This document shows, piece by piece, positions 1 through 8,134 of a stretch of 15,488 bases of DNA (positions within the stretch are counted from its first letter, which is position 1; each line of letters begins with the position of its first letter). The stretch lies in assembly GCA_000388065.2 (NCBI GenBank), contig KB932204.1. One strand, given 5' to 3'. A program made the translations under genes and the position numbers. Source of the stretch: Fonticula alba ATCC 38817. Its lineage: Eukaryota; Protista; Nucleariida. Under the pieces are notes generated by a model. The model was not told the origin of the DNA. It saw only the letters and a list, made by a program, of their open reading frames with translations, and searched no databases.

Positions 1-55
1 CCCCCCCCCCCCTCCCTCTCGCCCCCTTCCCTGCGTCTCCTTCTCCAGTTCGGCA

Positions 56-3000
56 ATGTCCTCTGGCCAGGTCCCCGGCGACGTGTACGGGTCGAATCCT
101 CGGCCAGCCGGCGGGGCCTTTCCACCCCCGCCGCCGGGGGTCCCCTACGCCGCCGGGGTGGGCGCCTCGCACCTGGGCGTCTCGGCCCCGGGCAGTGACC
201 CGTACATGCTGTCTCGCGGCCAGCCGGGCGCCGGGTTTGTGCCCGGCCCGGCGGCCGGCGGCCCGGCCGGCGCCTTCCCGCCCGTGGTCTACCCGGGCGG
301 CATGCGCGCCGGCGGCGCCGGCATGGGCGGTGTTCCGGCCGGCCCACCGGCGCCCATCCTGCCCATGGGCGACGCGACCGCAGTTCACGGCCAAGTCCTC
401 CCCCAGCACTTTGCCCTCGCGGCCCAGGGTGCGCGCAGTGTCGCCGTTTGTCCCGCTCGCCCCTTTGGCCCCGTGGCGACTGACGGAAAAAATGCCCGCA
501 TCTATCTGCACACACACACACACACGCACACACACACACACACACGCAGCTGGATATCGCTTCCATCCGCACATGCAGCCCCCGGCCCCGCATGCGGCCC
601 CGCTCATGGGCGGCCACTTCCCGGTCATCCCCCCGGTGCCGGGGTTCCCCGGCGGAGGCATGCTCGGCCATGGGGCAGTAGATCCGGCGGCGGCGGCGGC
701 TGCGGCGGCGGCGGCGGCGGCGGCTGCTGCGGCGGCTGCCGCCGCGGCCGCAGCCTCCTCCCCCCTGCCAAACCCGACGGATGGCTTTGGCGCCACTGGT
801 GGTGCCGCGGCCGCGGCCGCCGCCGCCGCCACCGGGCCGCCGCCCACTCGGCCCCGGCCACGCCTCCGTGTCCTGGATGAGGATTATCACCGGTTCAGCG
901 AGATCGGCAAGGGGACCTTCGGGTGCGGTGCCGCCACCCTCCTGCGCTTCGGCCACCGACCACGTCACACTGACAGCACGCCACCCGCCGCCCATCGCCC
1001 CCGCCCCACTGCCCCCGCCGCGCAGTGTTGTCCGGAGTGCGTACAACCGGCACACCGGCGAAATGGTTGCCATCAAGGAATTCGTCCCGGCCCACTACGA
1101 CGATGGGGTGCGCCTTCGGGCAACACAGCCAGCCCCGCCCGCTGACGGGCCACCATTCGCCCGCCCCTCCCCCCTCTTTTCTTTTCCCGCCGTACCTGGC
1201 CCCGTACTCACGCCGTGTGTGCCTGCCGGCCATGTGTCGCCGCAGTTTTCCCAAACATCCATTCGCGAAATCAAGCTGCTCAAATCCCTGAACAATGTGC
1301 CTGGCGTCATCCGCCTCTTGGATGTCGCCATTCGGAGTAGTGCGCTCTCTCTCTCTCTCTCTATCCCTCTCTCGGGCCCATGTGCCGGCTCCGCGTCTCC
1401 TCTGGCTCTCCTTCTTCCCTCTCGCGCCTCCTCTGACCCCCCCGGCTCCACAGACAAGGACAGCACCGTGTGTCTGGTGCTCGAGTACATGGACTACGAT
1501 CTGGCGGATTTGATCCAGTTCAGCGGCAACAAGTTCGAGCTGTCCGATTTGAAGTACTGGTCCAAGCAGCTGCTCGAGGTCATGGAGGCCCTGCACGGCC
1601 GGCGCATTCTCCACCGCGATATGAAGAGTACGTGCGGCCACCCTGTCCCCTCCCCCCCCCCTCCTCCTATCTCATGCGGTGGCGTGACACGGCGCCCAAA
1701 CGCCGCCCTCCGCCTCCCGCCTCCCACGCTGACGCGCTCCCATCACCGCCCCCCTGCCGGCGTAGCCTCCAACATCCTCATCAACTCCCGGGGAGACCTG
1801 CGCCTGGCCGACTTCGGCCTGGCCCGCACCCAGCCCGTCGGCGATGCCAATGCCCAGCTCACCCCGACCGTGGTGACTTCCTGGTACCGGCCGCCGGAGC
1901 TGCTGCTCGGGGCCAAGCGCTACGACACGGCCGTCGACATGTGGGGCGTCGGGTGTGTCATTGGCGAGCTCTTCCTCCGGCAGCCGCTCTTCCGGACGAA
2001 CCTCCACCGGGACCCGACGGCCCTCGAGCAGCTGGACGTCATCGTCAAGATGTGCGGCGTCCCCCAGCGCGAGGAGTGGAACTCCATCATGCACCTGGTG
2101 TCGTCGGAGGTGTGCCCCCACCAGGACCTGGCCCTGCCGATGTCGGCCCCGCTGTGGGTTCCGAAGTCCGTGGCCGGGGCCCTGGAGAGCAGCGGCCCGG
2201 CCGCCGCCGCCACGCACCCCTTCGCCGCCATCGCCACCACCTCCATCCAGTGGTCCTCCAACCGGGTGCTGCGAACCCTGCGCGAGAAGCTCGCCCTGCC
2301 GGACGACCATGTCCTGGCGCTCATTGATCAGATGTGCGCACGCCGCGCGCCCTTCGGCCACCCCCCGCCCCCCCGCCCTCCCTCTCCCTGCACATGCCCG
2401 ACATTGTCCCCCTTCACCTGCTGACGGTGCTCTCTCCCCTCTGCCCTGCTCTCGCCGCCCTGGCTTGCATCGCCGCTCGGCCCCGGTCGGGGGTCCCAGG
2501 CTTTGCTGGGACCCGGCCAAGCGGCTGAGCGCCTCCAAGGCCCTGCGGTCCAGCTGGTTCACCACCGAGCCGCTGCCCACCCAGCCCGGCAAGTACGCAA
2601 TTCTTTCCTCTGGGGTCTCCCCCCCCTGCGGCCAGGGGCCCTCGCCCCGGCTCCTCTCTCTCTCTCTCTCCCCCCCCCCCTCCCTCCCTCTCCCTTCGCC
2701 ACCTGACACCGACATGCCGCAATGTGTAGATTTGTCAATCAGTATACGACGCGACGGCGCGATGCGGCGGCTGCCGCGGCGAATCCCGCAGCCGCTGCCG
2801 CGGCCGCCGCCGTGGCGGCCGCCGCCGCTGGCGTGGTCCTTGCCCCGCAGCCGGGGATGGGTATGCCGGCGGCCGCCGCGGCCGCGGCCGCTGCCGCCGC
2901 CGCCGGCATCCCCCTGCCTGGGCACGTTCCCTTCTCCATGATTCCGCCTGTGGGCCACATGCTGCCGCACGCGCAGCAGGTCCCCTTCATGCAGGGTCAT

Positions 3001-3420
3001 CGCCCTGGAGCCGGGCCCACCGCGGGCCAGATGCCGCCGAATGGTGCCACCGGGGGGCCCGGTGCCGGCGCCGGCCCTCCGACGGGTCTCCCCTTTGCCC
3101 CGTCTTCCAACGCCCACGCCGCTCGGCAGCCCGGTGCCCCCGGCCTGGGCGGCTATGCTACCCACTCCACCTCACAGCAGCTTCACCCGCACCAGCAGTC
3201 GGCGCACCAGCACCCACAGCACAACCCGGCCCAGCACCACCTCCACCAGCAGGCCCAGGCCCATGTCCAGGCCCATGTCCAAGCTCATGTCCAGGCCCAG
3301 CAGGCCCAGCTCCAGCAGCAGCTCCAGCTCCAGCAGCAGCAACTCCAGCTCCAGCAGGCCCAGTTCCAGCAACAGCTTCAAGAGCAGCAGGCCCAGCTCC
3401 AGCAGCAACTCCAACAGCAG

Positions 3421-3479
<59 letters not shown>

Positions 3480-4045
3480 CCAACAGCAGGCCCACGCGAC
3501 TGCCATGCCGACATCCATCGCCGGAGGAGGGAGTAAGCTGCCGCGTCACCCGGCCCCGGGGCAGGTCCCGCACCCTCACCACGCGCGCCCGGTCGACGGC
3601 GGGCCGCGGTCCATCGCCTCCGGCTCGTCCGCCCCCAAGCCCACTTCGATTGCCGGGCCCGGGGGAGGGCCCATGGCCTGGGGCGGCGGGGTTGCCGGGC
3701 CGGGCCGCGGTCCCGGCGGCCAGCCCACGTCCCTGGCCCCGGCAAACAACTACCCGCCGCCAGACCGGCCACAGCTGGCGCGCGAAGTCTCCCGCAAGCG
3801 GGCTCTCGATGAGGTACGCACCGGCTCCCATGACGCTGGTCTTGATCCCCCCCCCCCCCCTCGCGCGCGCGCGCCTTATGATGCCCATGTCTCACCGGCC
3901 CCTCTCCTCCTCGCTGGTGCCTGTCTCGCCTGATGTCATGTGTGTGCGTGTGCGTGTGTGTGTGTGTGTGTGTCCACCGTAAATGCGCGTCCAGTCGAGC
4001 GAAAATTCCTCGCCCGCGAAGCAAACCTACCGGCGCCCGCAGTGA
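56..4045 (+). CDS. Cyclin-dependent kinase, transcriptional CDK9/Bur1-like group, with low-complexity N- and C-terminal extensions (9 exons, ~963 aa)
   Basis: Inferred exons 56-428, 550-922, 1026-1107, 1246-1339, 1454-1627, 1766-2333, 2500-2592, 2730-3813, 3995-4045; all GT-AG and phase-consistent (2892 nt). Spliced motifs: IGKGTFGVV, VAIK, FSQTSIREIKLL (PSTAIRE-equivalent), VLEYMDYDL, HRDMKTSNIL, DFGLAR, VVTSWYRPPELLLG, DMWGVGC, DPAKR. Kinase call is secure; subfamily and terminal exons are less so. Confidence 0.9.
509..545. repeat. (CA)n microsatellite at 3' end of CDK intron 1
   Basis: CA dinucleotide run with one interruption, ending 4 nt before the exon. Confidence 0.95.
687..755 (+). 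repeat. Coding GCN repeat, poly-Ala (23 codons) in CDK exon 2
   Basis: Uninterrupted GCG/GCT/GCC/GCA codons. Confidence 0.9.
3295..3489 (+). repeat. Coding CAG/CAA repeat, poly-Gln region in CDK exon 8
   Basis: Gln-rich segment with a pure 22-Gln run at 3412-3477. Confidence 0.92.
3939..3973. repeat. (TG)n microsatellite in CDK intron 8
   Basis: TG run with two CG interruptions. Confidence 0.93.
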
Positions 4046-4291
4046 CGATGACACCACATTGTTCGGCCGGGCCTGGGCGAAGGCCATACACACCTTTGCA
4101 CTGCCTCTGCCTTCTTTTCCCCTTCCCAAAAATAGATACAATCCCCACCAGAAATACATGCCCTTTGCCGTGGCGGTGGGTGACATATGGACGGCTTTTT
4201 CTTGTTTTGAGGGTATTCCTGCTTCCGACACCTTTCCCTCCCTTCCTGCCTGCCGGAGAGAAGGGGGGCGGGGCGGGGGACAAGGAGGGGC

Positions 4292-6481
4292 TTACGGCGA
4301 GGGGAACCGCGGCTGGGAGTAGTCCGCACTGTGCGGGCGACTGGAGCTGCGCACCACAGGCGAAGCATCAGATGCAAGATCATGGCCGGGGTCGCTGCCC
4401 GTGGCCAGCAGCGGGTCATGGGTGTGCAGGGCCGCCGAGGAGCTCGGCGCGCGGCCGAAGAACCGATACCCCAAGCCGCGGCTTGGGGAGTCACGCTGCT
4501 TGCCGAGCTGGCCAGCACTCGACCCGGCCGGGGACTCGTCCAGCAGAGACTCGCGATCGTCCTCGCGCAGGTTGTGGCGGTCACGATGGGCCCGCCGGCG
4601 CCGGCGCCGCTGCAGCCGGCGGTTGATCACGGCCTCCGGCGGCCACTGGTGCTTCTGAGCATACGGGACCTCCGGGACTGAGGGGGGAAAGGCGCCCCCA
4701 GGGGGGGAGGGGGGGGGGGAGCGAGCAGCGACACAAATCCGGATGGGAGGAGGAGAGAAAAGGGAGGGGACGTGTCAGGAGAGGAAGGACACGCCTCTGG
4801 GCAGGGTGCGATGCGCGCCGTGCACGCACCGACATGGTCGAAGATCGTCTCGAAAGATATGCCCGCGTCCGGGGCATTTTGGTTGATCGGCAACAGCCAG
4901 AGCCACCACCGAGGGCCCATGACCGTTTTGACATTGGCCAAGGGCGACCGGCCAATTTGGGTCAGGTCATAGGGGAACTGCGCCTCCTGGAAGGAGATCT
5001 CCCCGGACCGGAGCATGCGGTCGGTGGCCATCTGGTCCAGCTCCTCGATGCCGGAGTAGTTGCCCCAGAGGCCCATCAGCTGCGATGCCAGCAGGAGGGA
5101 CACGCACATGAGCGCCGTGACCGCCAGGACGAAGGTGTATGCGATGCTGGTCATCTGCCAGCCGGACATCTGCCCGCTGGCGGACTGCGACACCGGGTAA
5201 TGGGTGAGAATTGGCTCGGGGAGAGGAAGAGAGAGGGCATTTCTTCGTGGCCTTTTCTGCCACGCTGCCCCGCACTGATCCCCTGTCGAGGATGAGGATG
5301 TAGTGGACAGGGAGGAAGAGAGAGGGAGAGGGAGAGAGAGGGAGAGGGAGAGGGAGAGAGAGGGAGAGAGGGAGAGAGAGGCAGAGAGAGGCAGAGAGAG
5401 GCAGAGAGAGGCACACGCACGATGCTGTTGAGGGCGGTGGCAGACGCCAGGTGCCGAGCCGCGCGGAAGCCACCGACAGTGGCCCGGCCGGTCAGCATCG
5501 TCCGATCGGCCAGTGTGGCCCGGCCGTCGAATTCCGTGACACTGGCGATGAAATAGTACGCCGCCAGGCGCAGGCAGGAGGCCACAATGTACACCGCCGA
5601 GGCAACGCATGTCCAGATGAGGAAGCGCACGAAGTCGGCGTGGTTGTGCGCGCCGACGCAGTTGCCGATCCACGGGCAATGGTGGTCAAATCGGAGGATG
5701 CATCGCTGGCAGTGCGAGCAATGCCGGGTCCGTGGCGGCCGGAAGATGCTACACCGATCGCAGAAGTTACTGCCGTTGGGGGCCGCCTCGTGGCAGTCAT
5801 CATGCGGGGGGGCTGCCGCGGCCGAGGCCTGGGCGAAGCTGGCCGAGGTGGCCGGCGCGCCGGCCTGCAGAGGGCGCGTCTTGCCGGCCGCCGGCTCATG
5901 GTACCCGGTATAGGTGAGGAACTGGGCGCCGGCGGCACTGTCGGCGGGGTCGGGCTCTGGCGACTTGACGAGCTTGTCCGCGCCCCCGCCGGGGGGGATC
6001 TGCGCCGGCCGACGGAGAGGCAGGCAGACGGCAGGTCAGCGACAGGGGGAGGGCGGGTCAAGCTGCGCCGGGAGGAGGGACGGCCCCCGGCGTGTGCGTG
6101 CATATACGGAGGGCATGAGGAGGGGGAGCGAGGCAGGGAGGGAGCGAGGGAGGGAGGGAGCGAGGGAGGGAGGGCCAAGCGCACCCAGTTGACCGGGACG
6201 GCCCCCGGATCGCGCGTCGAGCAGATGACAAACGTGAGGGCACTCATGAGGCCGGTCACCGCGGCGGGCCACAGACACAGGTGCACCCCGAGCGAGGTGA
6301 AGATCGGCAGCAGGGTGTGCCCCGAGGGGAGGCCCCGCAGCGAGTCGCGCCAGGGAAGCAGCACGCCAAAGATCAGTGCCAAGATGACCGACACAATGAC
6401 CAGGAAAGTGGTCAGGCGAAATGCCTGGCCCCAGAAAGACCGATGGATGTCCCGCCGTCCGTGGCCAGTGGACGAGGTCAT
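4292..6481 (-). CDS. DHHC-type protein S-palmitoyltransferase (4 exons, ~538 aa)
   Basis: Inferred exons (minus) 6481-6185, 5999-5421, 5184-4830, 4677-4292 (1617 nt, in frame). Two N-terminal hydrophobic helices, DPG motif, [37 protein letters not shown] cysteine-rich domain, two more hydrophobic segments, and a PaCCT-like PYDL...[16 protein letters not shown]. Start codon 6481 preferred over in-frame 6844. Confidence 0.9.
5311..5411. repeat. Polypurine GA-rich repeat incl. (GCAGAGAGAG)3 in DHHC intron 2
   Basis: About 100 nt almost purely G/A on + strand (CT-rich on the sense strand), directly after the donor. Confidence 0.9.
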
Positions 6482-6847
6482 GGCGGGGGGAGGAGGGCCA
6501 GCGGGCGCGCGAGCGAGAGATGGAGAGGGGGAGGGGGGAGGGGAGGGGAAAGGCCGAGCGGTGTGCGATTGAGGGGGGGGAGAGAGAGAGAGAGAGGGGG
6601 GGGGGGCTTCCACATTGGCCGTGTCTCCCTCAAGGGCAGGGAGAGGCGGGGTGGGGCGCTGCCAAAAAAAGAGAAAGACCGCCATCTCGCAGGAGTTCCC
6701 GAGGGGGCAATCATCGTCAAGCCGGCCCGGCTCGGTCGACGTCCCGGGCCCGGCGGGGAAAGGACTTGGGCCTGGCGCTGTGTTGAAAGGCGTCCATTGG
6801 CATGTGGGGGAAGTGGATTTGGGCTCGACAATGGGGCTGGACATCGT

Positions 6848-6920
6848 GCTCCTGTGGCTCAGTAGGTAGAGCGTGGGACTGTTAATCCCAAGGTCCGCGG
6901 TTCGATCCCGTGCGGGAGCG
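6848..6920 (+). tRNA. tRNA-Asn (anticodon GTT), intronless
   Basis: Full cloverleaf: acceptor GCTCCTG/CGGGAGC with discriminator G; D arm GCTC-AGTAGGTA-GAGC; anticodon arm TGGGA-CTGTTAA-TCCCA; T arm CGCGG-TTCGATC-CCGTG; 73 nt. Confidence 0.96.
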
Positions 6921-6930
6921 CGTCTCTCTC

Positions 6931-6935
6931 TTTTT
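6931..6935 (+). terminator. RNA polymerase III terminator (T5) of tRNA-Asn
   Basis: TTTTT 10 nt after the discriminator base. Confidence 0.75.
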
Positions 6936-7008
6936 GCTTTTCCGCCCCTGGCCGCGAAAGGCCGGGGGCCACCACCGCAGCAGGGGGAAGGGAGGGGCCC
7001 ACCCAAAC

Positions 7009-7031
7009 GTGTGTGTGTGTGTGTGTGTGTG
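7009..7031. repeat. (GT)n microsatellite, intergenic
   Basis: Perfect GT run between tRNA-Asn and the RAD51 stop. Confidence 0.93.
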
Positions 7032-7362
7032 CGCATGTATGGTTGCATCAAGGACAGGGATCTAGTTTACAGGTGAAGGGGGATGGGTGGTGGGCGCAGA
7101 CACGGCCCCGGGGTGCGCTGTGCGCGAACTCGACCGGGCGCGAAATCAAAAGAGAAGAAGCAGGAGAGGAGAGCAGGGGTACACAGGAGAGTGTGATGCT
7201 GACACGAAGAGGAGGGGCTTGAAGGGGGAAGGAGGGGGAGGAGGTCGACGGACGCATGGGCGAGCACGGGGACACGGGCCGGGCAGGGGGAGGGGGGGAG
7301 AGGCAGGGGGAGGCGGACGCGGCCAGAAGGGGGGGAACAAAAGAAGAAAACGAGAGGACCCA

Positions 7363-7950
7363 TCACTCCTTGGCATCGCCGACACCATCGGGGTTGATGG
7401 CGAAGACGGCCTCCCCCTCGGCCAGGCAGGGGCTGTCGAACACCTTGGCAATGCGGGTCTCCCCGCGGCCCTTGCGCAGGTAGAGGCGCGTGGTGGAGGC
7501 GTGGGCCATGATGTGGCCGCCGACCGGCTTCTTGGGATCGGCATTGAACATGGCCGCGCCGCCGTCCACCGAGGCGACCACCTGATTGGTGATGACGACG
7601 GCGATGCCGAACTCATCGGCCAGGCGCATGAGTGTCCGGAGGAAGCGAGCCAGGTGCATCTGCCGGGCGCTGAGCTCCCCGCGGCCGTGGTAGTCTGTCC
7701 GGTAGAGGTTGGTCGAGCTGTCGACGATCAGCAGGGCATAGCGGGTCTCAATCATCATGGCGCTGGCCTGCAGCAGCAGGGCCGTCTGGTGGTCGGAGTT
7801 GTAGGCCCGCGCGTAGGCCACATTGTCCAGGACCTCGGCTGGGTCCAGGCCGAAGCGCTCGGCCACGCCGACCAGGCGCTCCGGGCGGAAGGTCCCCTCG
7901 GTGTCGACGTACAGGCACTTGCCCTCGCCACCGCCCTGGGAGACGGGCAG
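7363..7950 (-). CDS. RAD51: RAD51 recombinase, 3' exon only (195 aa, equivalent to ~residues 146-339 of human RAD51); 5' exons absent from window
   Basis: [26 protein letters not shown], Walker [29 protein letters not shown] (RAD51- not DMC1-type), [29 protein letters not shown]-terminal DGVGDAKE*. Preceded by acceptor ...catcatgtgcAG at 7952-7951. No HhH domain, FxxA motif or Walker A (GEFRTGKT) found in the window. Confidence 0.9.
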   Translation of the reverse strand: MPVSQGGGEGKCLYVDTEGTFRPERLVGVAERFGLDPAEVLDNVAYARAYNSDHQTALLLQASAMMIETRYALLIVDSSTNLYRTDYHGRGELSARQMHLARFLRTLMRLADEFGIAVVITNQVVASVDGGAAMFNADPKKPVGGHIMAHASTTRLYLRKGRGETRIAKVFDSPCLAEGEAVFAINPDGVGDAKE

Positions 7951-8134
7951 CTGCACATGATGGGGGAGCACGTAGGCGGGGGGGGGAGGTGTGGAGGGTC
8001 CGCCGACCCGCCTCGCGCCATGTCCGCGCCCCCCCCCCCCTGCCCGCCCCGCCCCACCCCCCCCCCCCGCCACCCTAGTTTGTCGGTGTAGTACGAGAGA
8101 TTGGGGCGGGGGGGGGGGGGGGGTCGCGGGGCCA

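Noticed and set aside
1672-3165. 497-aa minus-strand ORF and other long antisense ORFs (e.g. 3158-4231, 5451-6572, 7087-8091, 13051-14301)
   Set aside because: Shadows of GC3-rich real coding sequence on the opposite strand; no recognisable domains.
6482-7051. In-frame N-terminal extension of the DHHC ORF (ATG 6844, or the track start 7051)
   Set aside because: Runs through (CT)n/poly-C sequence and, for 7051, across tRNA-Asn; low-complexity translation typical of non-coding DNA.
6953-7145. Two CGCGAAA (E2F/SBF-like) motifs at 6953-6959 and 7139-7145
   Set aside because: Short CG-rich motif expected by chance at this composition (another copy lies in CDK coding sequence near 1265); located downstream of RAD51, not in its promoter.
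7363-7950. DMC1 instead of RAD51 (GGHIMAH has a DMC1-like His)
   Set aside because: Diagnostic segments [13 protein letters not shown] and NQVVASVDG are RAD51-type; the single His is insufficient.
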